Below, piece after piece: positions 10,444 through 23,446 of a stretch of DNA of 36,025 nt. A model generated the notes under the pieces. The model saw only the letters and a program-made list of their open reading frames with translations. It searched no databases and was not told where the DNA came from. Position numbers and translations under genes: made by a program. Source of the DNA: Lenisia limosa. Taxonomy: Eukaryota > Protista > Breviatea. Within the stretch, counting starts at the first letter, position 1. Each line of letters begins with the position of its first letter. The stretch is taken from contig LPNZ01003397.1 of assembly GCA_001655205.1 (NCBI GenBank), forward strand, positions 1 to 36,025, in the 5' to 3' direction.

Positions 10444-13265
10444 ATGTCTTACGAGTTCGAAGAAGACTCTGATGATATCATCTTGACAGAGAGCTCAGAC
10501 GAGTCCTGCTCTCAGGACTCTGGGGAAGAAGGTTCTTCAACAGGGGAAAGTGATGACGGTGCCACAAAAGCAAGGAAGAAGAGGAGGAGGAAGAAGAAGA
10601 AGAAGGCTTCTGTTGCTGCTGCTGTGGAAGTATGGGGAGTAATTACAACATACTCTGCCCCTGTCCGCCTTTCCCCTTGCTTTCTCTCTTAACTTGCCAG
10701 ATTCTTGGTGAAACCGACAGCGACATTACATCAGATGACGATTATGGCAACTCTGGCGAGGAGCCAGTTTCATGCGACTCATTTACTGAGTCGTTAACCT
10801 TGGAGGTTGGAGGGTGATTGTCATCGAATATTATTGTTTGTTTTATCTGGTTAAAAAATGGTAATATGAGGGGTGTTTGCTTTCCTTCTTTGTGCTTCCC
10901 CAGCAAACCTGCAAGTCATTTCAAAGCCTTTATGATCATATCACTTTTTGGGTTATTTTCATGTGTGAACACTTATTCTCCACACAGTGATATGATACCT
11001 CGTATCCACTTCAATGATACTCTGATACACTCGGGATAAACTGTCGTGTTATCTCTGTTTCTTATTATGAATCAAAAGTCGGTCATATGATCATATCACT
11101 TGTGGATATGGTTCAACATTATATTATTCCCTTCTGTTAAACAAAAAAAAAATGTTATAGTTGTATCCATGAGCGAGTACTGTTTTTTTTTTGCTGATAA
11201 TTCTGTAGATATCCTTCGTGACCTTTGTTTTCATTAATTACCATTGCTTTGTGTATGGGACACCATTTTTCTGGGATTGGGAAATGCATCGGTTTTTTTA
11301 TTCTGTTTTCACAAGCCGTTGTGGATTGATGATACTTCTAGGGTAATCAGTTATCTTTGTTTTGATTAGACCCCTACACTAGGCTTCACTTACTGCTCCC
11401 AGGAGGAATACCCTGGTGCAGCACCGACTGTCTTAAAACCCCCCACAACTGCGGATACCCCTCGGACAGGTTTGTTTTTTAAACCCTTAGTTTTCCATCC
11501 CTTAGTTTTCAATCACCGTTCAGGTGGACGAAGGAAGGTGACTTTTGCAAGTGAGTTACAAAGGGGTTTGAGTATTATGGCGGTTGATTGGAGTCTTCTC
11601 ATGCTGTAGTGTCAGAAGATTTTGAGCGGCCGGAGCCATACCTGGCTCTCCTGGAGGAAGCTAATAATACGGACTTGTCAATGTGCAGCTCAGCAATCTT
11701 CAATGCTGGTTTGCACCCAAAGCTTCGCATTATGTTGATCTTTCTCTTGTAGTTCATGAATTTGGTGTATTAATATTATGCTATTCAATATCCTTGATCA
11801 TTTGCTTCTTAGCTTTTTTTAGGAACAATTGGACCAAAGCCACTTTAGTTATTCTAACTTTCAAAGAATTCCAAACACAATAATAAGGCACTTCAGTGAT
11901 TTGTCACGGTTCAAATTTGGACCTGGGGTAAAATTGTGTAAAAAAAAAAACAGCAAAATTATTTTAAAAAAACAGAACAAACTATTTTAGAATTGACCCT
12001 CAAAAAACTAATGGTCTCTCGCTTTAATAGCTATTACTAGTGCTATTAATAAATAATAGTGACTGTTGAGAAGTTGTGATTTGGAGACTATTGTAGTAGC
12101 TTTTATTACTTATTTTATTTTAAACCACTATTATTAGTAAGACAAGATATATCATATGGCTGATAACAGGCGGGGTATGAGTGAATAGAAAGATAAAATC
12201 CAAGAGGCTTTTATCCATCCAAGAGTCTACCTCCTACACTTCCTTCTAGTCCTGTGTCATCAGTTACACATAAGTTTATAAGAAATAACTTTTTGACTGG
12301 TTGGAGCGAATATTTTAAAATTCATAAAGTTAACGGTCTCTAGCTTTAAGAGTGCTATTATATTTTTGGACGTAGCCTTACATACAATATCGAAACCTTA
12401 CATAGTATTTAATATATCATATCATATTATGAGTGTATGTATGTCATGTATACTATGTATATAGAATATCATTTCTTCTTTCCTCTTATTTTGACAATGT
12501 AGGAAAAGACGAGGCGGGCAGGTCAGTAGTTGTCCTAGTTTCAGCAAACATGCCGCGAAAGGAGTATCACAATGAGGTAGGCTCTTGGAATTCCTCCACT
12601 CTCCGAGCCAGTTTACTTATTTGATGAGGGGAACGGTTAGTTTCTAATTGGTTTAGATGAGACTTCGCTTCGTTCAAGTGATGGATAAGGTCTTCAACAA
12701 GCCCTATATTGTGGTATGCGTTTTAGTGAGCAGGAGGTAGCTTATTATTCTCAAGGTTCACTTTGCCCAAAACCAACCGAAGGGTTGTCGGCCCCCCATT
12801 AAAATGATCAAAGAAACTTGGAAGACGTTCAAACATATGTATGCATCCCGCTGGGTTCTGTTTTGTTCTAACATGACGCTTCAGGTTCAGGAAAAATGTT
12901 CAGGCCGTTTTGATAGTGGAGCCGACTTTAGGAATAAAGGTTGGAGGACCAAGAACTGAAGTGAAATCAGGAAAACAACCATACATAGTGGTAGCATGAA
13001 TTGAAAACTCAAAATTGCTTGTGGTTTAAAATTTTTTACAACATTTAGATTTTCTTCGGATTGTGTCGTCCCTTTATTTCGGCCAAGTTCTACAAAAAAC
13101 TTCATTACCTCAAATCGAACCAAGAAGTCTACTGTAGGACTGTGACCATAATTTGATTATCTAGCATTTGTTACTGAGGAGCAATTATATGGTACCGAAG
13201 CGGGACAGGTACCCCCGGGGGCGATGGACGAGGAGAGTGACGAATCCGAAGACGCTCTCGTCTAA
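10444..13265 (+). CDS. Acidic N-terminal, basic-NLS-like protein with a C-terminal BCH/CRAL-TRIO_2 (Sec14-like) domain; BNIP2/caytaxin/GDAP2-like architecture
   Basis: Starts MSYEFEEDSDD...RKKRRRKKKKK. C-terminal spliced chain FLTGKDEAGRSVVVLVSANMPRKEYHNEMRLRFVQVMDKVFNKPYIVVHFAQNQPKGCRPPIKMIKETWKTFKHMFRKNVQAVLIVEPTLGIK|IFFGLCRPFISAKFYKKLHYL matches the BCH consensus G.D..GR.V.V...KNL.A..IV.P...K. TAA at 13263-13265. The two halves join in phase across long introns. Confidence 0.75.
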
Positions 13266-13408
13266 CTCAGTTCAACTAGTTCTAATTTCATTCTTCTGTG
13301 TTTTCTTATTCTACCAATTTCTAATATTATGTATGTATTTCATAAAGGTCAAGTCAAAAAAAGAAAAAGAAAAACATCAGAACCATTAAAATATACCAAA
13401 AAGAGAAT

Positions 13409-15220
13409 TCAAACTTCCACAGAGAACAACTCGAAATATTTACCATAGAAAACGGCCCCGGCCAATTGGTCACAGGAGTAATGCCAATCCGCACCATAAC
13501 CTGGACTTGGGTAAGAACTGCATACAATTCAATTGCGGATTTGGGGAATGAATTATTCACCCACCTAAATGATTTGGATCTTCAAGGGCAACAGACTTGA
13601 TATCTCCATCATCTTTGGAAATATCGTAAACGGAGAACCCACCATGCATTGAAGCCGTGGCGATGGTGTTCCTGAAGGTGTCAGTGAACAAACAAGCCAG
13701 CCTCACCTTCGTGTTGGATGCCATTTTGTTCTCCAGAGGCCTCCACACCCCTGAAACTCTGACACGGGTTGACGCGGCTTTCTAACATCAAATATGCGGA
13801 GCTTTTCATCATAAGAACCTGGGGGATGAGTGACAAAACCTATTTAGTATACGTAAAGATGAAATAGAAGAAATCATTGTCTAGACTATTTGTCAAAGAG
13901 TAATATGTGACTTACATATCCCAAAATAAGTATGTACTATGTATAGTAGTATATCATATGATATGAGTTATTTGCGTGTCCTCCCAACATACCAACAGCA
14001 ACCAGGTTTTCATCAAATGGAGATTGTTGGATTGAGCAAACGCCTTGGTCTGCCCTATTTGGTAAAGGATTCAACCTTACATATCATACACTATTTGAAT
14101 AGAGTACCTCTGTCCATACCTAAACATCGACATTGGACGAATAAGAGGGCAGCGAAGGTCCCATATGCAGAACTTACAGTCGTCACCTCCTATTGCGTAA
14201 ATCTCTCCATTCACGAAAAAAGCTTTCCCATACCCGAATAGATGCTGTTGATGTTCCAGTCGTTAAAGGCAGTCGCCCACGCTTCAAACTCGTGGTACTT
14301 CCAATTAGCCACCATTTTCATATCATTGTCAAGATCAAGGACTGCCATTCCTCCGTCTGTGCGACTCGCCTGAAGTTCGTAACATTATGGGTAATCTGTA
14401 ATTTTGGTCTTAGTTTTGAATATTCAATTATAACCATTTGGTTATATGAAAATTACTTAAAGCCCATGAAATTTGTGGGGTTTACAACATAAATTATTTA
14501 TTTCCTCAAAACTCAAATCAAAAAGACCAAATCCCACAAACAGCGATGAGAGAAGAGGACTTGTCAATGCGGTTGGAGAATGCAAGGGACAGGGCCATTT
14601 CTGGCCTCTCTTCACCAGTGGCATTTGACGCCTTCTTGAAGTAGCTGTCGGCAATGTCAAAATCTAGTCCGTCAAACAGCATTTCATTGAATATAGCATT
14701 AACACTGCAAGTTTTACACCTGAACTACAAACGCTAACCAGCAGAGTTGGCGGAAGCTTCAGAATTATCAGAGACAAACAGCCTGGTTTCTGATATCTGC
14801 ACATCAGAATCGGTCCATAAATTGGCTCTCGAGCAACACCCACCATTTGCACATGGTTTTTCAGCACATTCCCAATGTGAAGCATCCCAGCAGAAGTTAC
14901 ATATCCAAAAACCATCTTATTGTCCACCAAGGAGTGAGACCTTCGAAATAAGGGTCAGTTGCAAGGAACAAACCATTTGATATCGAAAATTCCGTCAGTA
15001 GCGCGTTCTTCCACAAGATCGAATTTGTTCTTTCTGCCATGATAAGATTAACACTCGCTACTTACTCCATTGAGAAGAGCGAGAGCCTGCCGCCTCGAAC
15101 TGTGTCATCCTCAAGGGGGAAGTACGACCCTCCAAATAGAAGATCGTGGTACCCTGCAATGGGGCAAAACTCCACTACATCTGGTGTATCTTCTACCTTA
15201 TATTTATCAATGCTTTCCAT
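13409..15220 (-). CDS. DPH7: Diphthine methylesterase DPH7 (WDR85/RRT2), WD40 protein
   Basis: MESIDKYKVEDTPDVVEFCP...GIFDIKW...HEFEAWATAFNDWNINSIYSGGDDCKFCIWDLR...GSYDEKLRIFDVR...GGLWRTKWHP...HLGYGADW...TGA (13409-13411). These are the typical DPH7 motifs. Confidence 0.9.
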
Positions 15221-15499
15221 ATTAACAAGCAAGAGAGAAGGAGGTAGGCAAAATTTTTACGAAGGGTTGGATTTGGACCATTATTGTGTTTTGTCCTGGC
15301 GCTTTCCGACCTCCATTCCTCTTCTCTCCATTCTTAGTTTCAAATCAACTTAATTTCATAATATAAATTGATAATACCGACATTATTGCGTTTATTCCCC
15401 TTGCTGCGTGTCTTCACTCTTAATTAAACCGTTGAATGCAGTTTTGTAGTATTCCTGCATTACTCTTGTGTTTACTATCAGTAAGCTCAGCCTAAGACC

Positions 15500-18400
15500 A
15501 TGGCGGCGCCTTCGACATTCTACCAAGGAGCGCCTGCCCTCGGGCCACTTCTCTCTCGCCCAAGACCGTCACGAAGTCAACTCGGCAACACCAGGAAGGC
15601 CTCGTCAATCGAAGATGGAGACTCTGTTAACCTGGCCACGCTCAAGAAGTCAAACCTCGTGGAAGTGACGGAAAGTGATATTCAGGAACCTGTGGTGGGT
15701 GGTTTATGATAGTGGTGAGCAGCACATCGGGTTTGTGACTTTCTCTGATATTCCAGGAGGAGTATGAGGAAAGTGTACTCAGTTCGAGTAAATCCAGCCC
15801 CAAGACCCCTGTCAAGACACCGTCGCCTCAGGTACATGCAACCAATATACTATGATATTCAAAATACAAATACAACCTCATATATTCCGGTAATCGTTAT
15901 TCATTTTTGCTAGAATCCCCCTCAACCGCCCCTCCCGCAAGTCAAGCTACCTGCTGTATCTGCCAATGGGACTGATGATCTGAGTGATGTGTCTCCTTTG
16001 CCCGAGGTTTGCTGAGGAATATTAGTGAGCATATTTTGAAACGGGGGCAGTTTTTCTGGTTGTCATTTTTTTTTTATTTTTTTTTTTTGTTGTCAGCTTT
16101 AAATCGAATACGTACTGCTCATATAATACTCAGAAAAGTCGAGTTAAGTTTCATTTTTGATTTTTAAAAAAATGCTTTTTGACCTGCGGCCTTAGTTTTA
16201 TTTCATGAGAAGAAAACAAAGAACCTAATATATCTGTTCTCCTTACCCGAATAGCCGTCACCCCAGGAAGACTCCCAACGTCGCAGTTTAGTGGGGCCAG
16301 CAAACACAGCCGCGTGGTCGGCAATGGAGGTGGGAACTGTTTTGGGGATAATCTTCAGGCACTTGTGGCAACCCCGGTAAATGAAGAGGAAGCTGTCGAT
16401 AGTGAAGGTCCCACAATGATAAACGATGACAGGTATGGCTGTTTCGGAAGTGATTCTCTTATAAAAACAGTTTACAAATGGACCAAAGAGTTGCTGCCGT
16501 TTCTGGGGTGAAAACCAAAATATCCTCTCTTCAGGTAGGACCTTTTGTTGAGTGGTCCTGTTTACGTGACCAGGAACAATTAGATGAAAAGGTGGCTACA
16601 ATTGCTCTTTTGAAAGATGTTCTTCAGCGGCACAAAACAGCTTCGAGAGCCGTGAGTCAAACGATGGTCTGGACCACTTATTATGCTAGGCAGTTGGAAG
16701 GGCCAAACAAGACGCCTTAGAAGCACGTGAATCCGTTGCTGTTGCTGTTAAAAACGCCAATGCTGTGAGTTCTCATGGCTCCTTATATGAATAGGAATCA
16801 TCAAAGGAGATCCAACGACTTGTCGAACAGGCGGAGAAGTTACTAGAAGAGAAAGGTGGGTATTGTTTGAAGTGCTTATCAATCAGAGGCCCTTCTTGGA
16901 AAGATATCAGAAATGTCCGACCAATTTGAGGGGGCAAAGCAAAAAATGCATGATCATGTTGGAAAGCTCAAAGGTCAGTGTGGAGACCAATTTGCTGTTC
17001 CAGTTTTTTATTGTGAGTTGCTGAGATTTACCACCTTCAGAGGCACACTTGGCCAAAGTAAAAAGACTCAAGCACCAATGGCAGAATGAAACCGGAAAGG
17101 ACCAAAAGGTTTGTCTTTTCTGACCCTCGACATCCCATAGTTATCCTTGATACATAGTATGTTTATATTTCTTCCATTTCTGGTCCTTGAGAGTTCACTG
17201 TCCTGACAAATAGAAATGGGAGGAAGACAAAATCGTTGAAATTCGACAGCTGACAATAAAAAGCATGGAACCTGAGATTGCTAGACTACTGGCAAGGTAT
17301 GCCGAACCACTTTTTTCGAAATAACCATTAACAATACTTGACAAATTTTGAGTTGTATGCTGACATTATTTTAGTTGTTGACGGATTTGGGATACAATAA
17401 AATGGAACTATGAGATATAATGAGAAATCTTCCTAACATTGAGTAATATTGGCCGAATTTAATGAAAACACCAGTGTACTTCTGTTGAGTCAAGTGGCCT
17501 CTTTATGACTGATTCCTTAGGCACAAGCAAGAAGTTACAACGCTTCGAAGCGAATTCCATAGTGAAATGAGTAAGGTCTCTTCACAGACAGACGACAGGA
17601 TAAACCGTGCTAAGGTTGGTCATATTGTGTCTAAGTCATCATATTCTTTCAGGAGGAGGCTTTCCAGCAAGGGATACAAAGAGGAAAGGAATACGTAGGT
17701 CAACTTTCATTCATTATCAATACAGGCCTTTTCTGAGCTTTCACAACAAGATGATGTTACCAAAATGAACTATGAGAAGAACCTCACTTCTATTCAGAAA
17801 GAAAGGAAGAAAATTTTTGAAGAGGTTGGGCATGTTTTTGTTTTCTTGAGGTGGTGGTTGATTTTGTCTCAATTTTCACAACACACCCAGCTGATTGAGG
17901 CACAAGATGAGGTGACTCGTCTCAAAGCAAAACTGAACAAAACCATCGAAAACCATCGTCTGGAACTGCAGGTATGTCCAAGACCAGTTGACACAACAGG
18001 AAGTGGAGGAGAAGCATCAAAAGGACGTGGAAACCAAAATGCGCAGCGCCGTGTTGGAACGCGAGCGAAAGCACCAGGCGTCTATACAAGCTATACATGA
18101 CGAGGTTTGGAGAATGCTCTCTCTGACTGTTCAGAATAGGGACAAGCAGGAAATTTGGAAAAGTAATTTGGAGAAGTCTATGAGGAATGAGCAGTTACTC
18201 AAGGTATTTGTCGGTGCTCCTGAGAGTATCAACCATTATAGGTGGAAGAGTTCACCGCAGCTCTCAAGTCACGGCACCAGGAAGAGATGCAGTATCTTGC
18301 GCAAATGGCCGATGAAGAGGTTGCCAAGGCCGAGGTATGCCACTTTCTGAAATCCGTGCAGTGACAACACCAGGCCCACGCTGAAGCCCGACTTGAAATA

Positions 18401-19194
18401 CGAGTCTCTGAAATTAGGTCCGAGCTGGAGTCTGAGAAAAGTCGAATCGGATCAGAGTTATCCGCATTAAAGGAGGCGCACAAGAAGCTATTGGGTGATA
18501 GAGATCATGCATTCAACCAGGTTGGTGTCTTGAGGCGAAGGCTTATTTCAGGTTGAAGCGGCACTTGTGGAGGTGGAACAATTAAGTCGCTCAAAGCTTG
18601 GGCAGGATGAAGAGATTGCCCAACTCAGGACACAGGTATTGAGCTGAACTGGTTGGATCATTAAGTAGCTTGCCAAGGCGGACTTCGACAAAGCCACAGC
18701 ACAAAGCAAGGCTGAAGCTCAGGTTGCTGAAAAGTTGTCTGTGCTTGAAGCTGCTGTATCTACAATGCAAGAAAAGTGCAATGATGACAATGCTGTGGGT
18801 GGTTAGCGTAGAAGATGTAAACCAGAGCTTTGTGATGAGACTTATCCTTTAAGGCCATTGAAAGAGAGCGAAAAGAATTGGCCAGTCAAATGGAGGAGAA
18901 TGAGCGAAAGCACGTGAGGTCTTGACTGTAATCTGATATTTTAGTCCGAGGCAGCAAGTGCCATGGAGAAGAAGGTCCGGGCAGCACTGAAGCACAGGGA
19001 CCAGGTTAGGGCCTCTTTTGATAACTGTTTTTAGAAGATCACCATCTTGGAACGAGACCTTCTTTTGGAGCGCGAACGAATCCACGAGTTGGACGACATG
19101 ATTGCTGGTAGGCCGACCGCAATATTTGTTTTCATATTATCATTGAAATTTCTGCGTTCCTCAATTACCTGGTCATTGTCTAGGATTGCGCTGA
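15500..19194 (+). CDS. CEP131: Centrosomal/centriolar-satellite coiled-coil protein CEP131 (AZI1)-like
   Basis: ATG at 15500. The spliced segment KWEEDKIVEIRQLTIKSMEPEIARLLARHKQEVTTLRSEF matches the recalled CEP131 motif KW..EK...I...T..GLEPEIQKLIARHKQEV..L.S. The C-terminus MEKKVRAALKHRDQ..ITILERD...IHELDDMI resembles RVKTAL.RKEE. TGA at 19192-19194. Confidence 0.75.
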
Positions 19195-19360
19195 ACAGTG
19201 GAAGGGAACCCATTTGAGATGTGCAGTATTTTAAATGCCAATAAAGGTCTTTCGGTGTAGACAGTTCTTGTTTTTTTTATCAAACTAACTCATTTATTTA
19301 TTTCCAAATTGTTGATCCAATTTCTGGTATCCAAAGTTGTGCTTACAACATATTTACAAT

Positions 19361-22300
19361 CTAATTGCTGCGTTGAAGGAAGAGCAGATAAGCCTTGTTC
19401 GGAGTGGCATCTGGTGAAGCTGCCACCTTTTGGTCGTTGAAGAGGACCCACTTGTGAGCATCTGAGTGGTGGTCAACAGCCATGTCGTTGCAGAATCATC
19501 AAAAGGTTCAGGCGACGTGCATACCGCTTTTGGTATGAGCAACATAGTGGCCACAGTTGACGCTTTGCCCTCTATGTGACACGAAGCTCACCAAGTGATA
19601 GGAGTGTCGAGGGTCTACAGAAATCAACAAATCCATGACTAGCTTTCCTCCTCTATTCCTTCTACTGTTTTCCTGTAAAAAAACACCAACCTTCTGCAGC
19701 CGGAAGGGCTTGTGACTTGAGTGCACTTTTTTCCTCTACCGCCTCATCAGGGTGCGAGAACAACCACTCCACCGCTCTATCCGGATCATTGTTCTAAAAA
19801 GGGTCAACAACACTCAATAAATCTGATTTGGGTAATATTTATATATACTATACTATATGATATACGACAAACTGTCATGAACTATCTCTAATTAATTTTC
19901 TTCAAATCATGATGGTCTACACAAAACAAATTCTGTTGAACTATCAAGCCCACAGTGTTCTTGAGGGCGTTCTTGCAGTGACCTTCAGCAAAGCCGAGTT
20001 CAATGAGATTAGCAACCATTTCGGCTGCCGGCTCATTTCCTGAGCGGTTAGAGTCTGAAATCGATATTTCGCGAATTTAAATCGATAAATAACGACATAT
20101 TTGGATTATAGCTTTAATATATATAACAACAGACGTGTTGGTCGTTAACATACCTGACGTGTCAATGGGAAGATCAAGAGCTGAAGAGTGAGAATGGCTA
20201 GCATTTGAAGCACCCACATTCGTCATCCATGTGGCCGAAAAGCCATGTCGCAGCCGCCTCAACGTCACTGTTGTTCACGGCCAAAGCTGCCCTCTTGCAT
20301 CTGCGATATCAGCCTCAGCCATGTAGAAAAGGATGCTCACCTGTTCTCACCGAAGCCCATCGCCATCAAGCCCGAAACAATGGTGACGTCAGCCTCCACT
20401 TTGGTGCCTGCTTCCTCGCTCATTTCTGACTCTCCAGGACTGCTGGTCAAAACAGTGCAATGTGTTAATGCCACTTATGTCCCCCTACAGCAAGCCAATA
20501 GCACAACACGATTTGAGAGTGGCATAATCCGGCACCGGAAGATCGGTGTCAAGCTGAAGGTCATTGGAAGCTATGAAGGATGCAAACCTTAGTTGGCACC
20601 CAGTTTTCGTACGAAAATCTGTTAACCTGGATAGTGACAAAATATCCAACACTCTTTGGCACCTTAGGTACTACAAACCTGAATAGCCAACACTTCTGGG
20701 TAAGTTGAGAAGCGCTGTGACCTAAAAGTATTACAGTAGGTTCAAAAGCCTGACGTAACCTCCCAACTTACTTAATGACTTTGGTTTTGCCGTTGCATTG
20801 AGAGCATTGGAAGTCATCAATTACTTCAGAGCCACCATAAGTCTCCATAAGTGCTTCGGATAGGGACTTTTCTCCCCTTAGTGATCAGAGAAAGAGATTG
20901 TAGCCCTTCCAGCATGACCAACCACTCACGTTGTTGGCAAGCCGACAGTAGCATGGATTTGACTCGAAGTTACAATCCGAACTTTCTAAAGACTCACACC
21001 GACAATAAAGAAACTGAAGTCAGTCATAAGATGTTTTGTTCCTGATACTATCTGTATTGTGTCAAACCTTGCATTCAGTACAAGTGTACTTGTCCTCTTG
21101 CTCGAACTGCAAGGCGGCGAGGGGATCACTGTTGCCTAAACACAATAAGTCGTGTATCCAAACCCACCAAGAACGGCGCTCCGAGCGTTGGCGTCAGCAA
21201 GGTGTCGCAGCCATGCAGCGGCACACTGCTGTTCATTCGACGCAAAGTCAGCGTTGTTACCGGCTACCACGTATTTCAACATATGCGGAGACACTCCTTC
21301 TTGTCCCGAAATGAGAGCTTGGCTTCTATCTTCGTCGTTGAGGCTTTCAAACGCGTCCATGTTGGGTGCTGTTTGTTAGATAATTCAAAGTCTCTGACCC
21401 CGACTTGCAACACAGCCTACCCTTGCTGAACTCGCCTGACTCGACCGCATTGAAGAGCTTGACTTCCTGGCAAATGAGGCAGTTCGCTGGGTCTTTTGAG
21501 CAGTTTGTGTGCGACGAAGCCGTCTCAGACATTCCCATCCTATGGTCAAAAACAACAACGTAGATAATTGGCTACCTGAATCCTGGACACGCAGCAAGAG
21601 CTTGGACTGTGGAGTTGAGATAGCAGGTGTTTCCAAGGTTTTGCAGCCCCAAATGGTGGGGACCAAATAAAGGAATAAGAGTCTATGTTATTAGTTCAGT
21701 TCAGTTAGAGGATGCAAACTTTTCCATCTTGGACAGTGGTGGTAAAGTCAAGTTGGTTGTTTCGTGCTACCTCCTAGAGAAGTCAGCATACTCCTCCCCT
21801 CTCAAGAACAGAAGTCAGCATACTCCTCCCCTCTCAAGAACAAAAGCAAAAAATAACCAACCATTTCAGAAATAGTTTTCTCTGTCTTCTCTTGTTCCGC
21901 GATTTTGACTCCGAAATGTAAAAGATGTTTCTCAAGATGGGGGTCGATTCGCTCATCATCACATCCGTAACAGTAGACATCTGTGGAATGAGTGCTATAA
22001 GCCAACTCCAAACCTGCTGTTCCTTCTGGTGTGATTGTACCAAGTTTCAGCACCACATTATGCCCATGTTTCTCAGCTAAATCATTATAACAAGAAATAA
22101 ATTCCCAGAGAACAAGCTCTTCGGTCAAAGACACCCCACCATGAGTTTTAGCATGACCGTTGCCACCACTTCCATCAAACATCTTCCGGCCACATCCTGA
22201 ATGTTAAATGAAGAGCCTGGCCTACCGAGGCTTCCACATGTCATACAGAGCCAGAGGTTATCCGATTTGTCGCATTCAGAGCAGCATGCCTTCTCTTCAA

Positions 22301-23446
22301 TGTAAGTGCTGAGATTGTTACTAACCTTTTGTTGTGATATGTTTGGCACCATCTTGTTGAACCAAGAACTGGGTATGATCGCAGGCAGTCTTGTGCACTT
22401 CCCAAGCCTGAATATTAGTAGAGTATTAATGGTACGCTACCTTGATGTCATCTTTTTCGTGTGACGACTTAGCATCAAGAATCATAGCAACCGCCAGGGA
22501 TGGCTAAAAGGTTAACCGTGCTATTTCTTCTCATGGGCAGATAATCAACGGGATTATTGAATAATAATGCAAAGGACAGAAACAAAACAGGGAATGGAAT
22601 CGCATCAGCCTACAAACATATACTGTATTATATATACTATATATCATATCACATATATTGTAGTGCGATATCTTCCTGTATTATGTATGATTATAATATG
22701 ATGAAAAAGTACAATAGCTACATAAAAATGAGTTAATATATAATATAACATATGATGATATATCATATACTAAAAATATTTGAAAAATTCAATATCTTCA
22801 ATGAAAGAGTATTATTTATTACATGCAAAGAATGAGACTGCCCCACAGTACTATCCTAAATAGCCCTCTCACATCCATGCTGTCAGTCTGAATAGCAACT
22901 GGCTTTGTGGGGTCCGAGGAACAGGAGAAACAGCGGACTTCCGTGGTGAATTCATATTCCTTCTCTCCCATTGAAGCTCCTGGGAAGATGGAGGAGATTT
23001 AAACAGATTTAACTACAACAGAAGGAATCCACTCCACATACCTCCTTCTCCACCAATAGCAACCCGAGTAAGCTTTTTTGGGGGCTCCCCCTTGAAGGTA
23101 AGCCAAAAACACAAAAGATTGACCAACTTCAATAACCTGGCGTTTAAGATTAACAACGAGAGGATGGCTGTGTTGCTGGGCATGTTGTGCAGCATGGTTA
23201 TTATAACCATCTTGAAGATAAAATCAAATTAACAGATCTCATGGTTTTGTTTCACCTCGCCCACCAGAACACCCTGCATTGAAGCAAGTCAAGCAGATAT
23301 TAACCCCTTCAGCATGGTCCTGAAAGATAAGACCAATATGCAACAAAGTGGCCGACCTGCCCGTAAAAACACTTGGTGCACTCCTCTTTGTGAACACGAG
23401 AACTGTTGTCAGGAAGTTTAATGGAGCTGACGTGGGGGCAAGCCAT
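19361..23446 (-). CDS. USP5: Ubiquitin C-terminal hydrolase USP5/USP13/Ubp14 (isopeptidase T): zf-UBP, USP catalytic domain, two UBA domains
   Basis: MACPHV...HKEECTKCF; zf-UBP [35 protein letters not shown]...DVYCYGCDD; Cys box GLQNLGNTCYLNSTVQAL; UBA1 LMAMGFGENRCKRAALAV; UBA2 LIELGFAEGHCKNALKNT...RAVEWLFSH; His box SHRGQSVNCGHYVAH...WVLFNDQKV; TAG at 19361-19363. USP5 versus USP13 cannot be separated. Confidence 0.93.
21778..21841. repeat. Exact 32-bp tandem duplication in a USP5 intron
   Basis: agaagtcagcatactcctcccctctcaagaac at 21778-21809 and 21810-21841. Confidence 0.95.
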
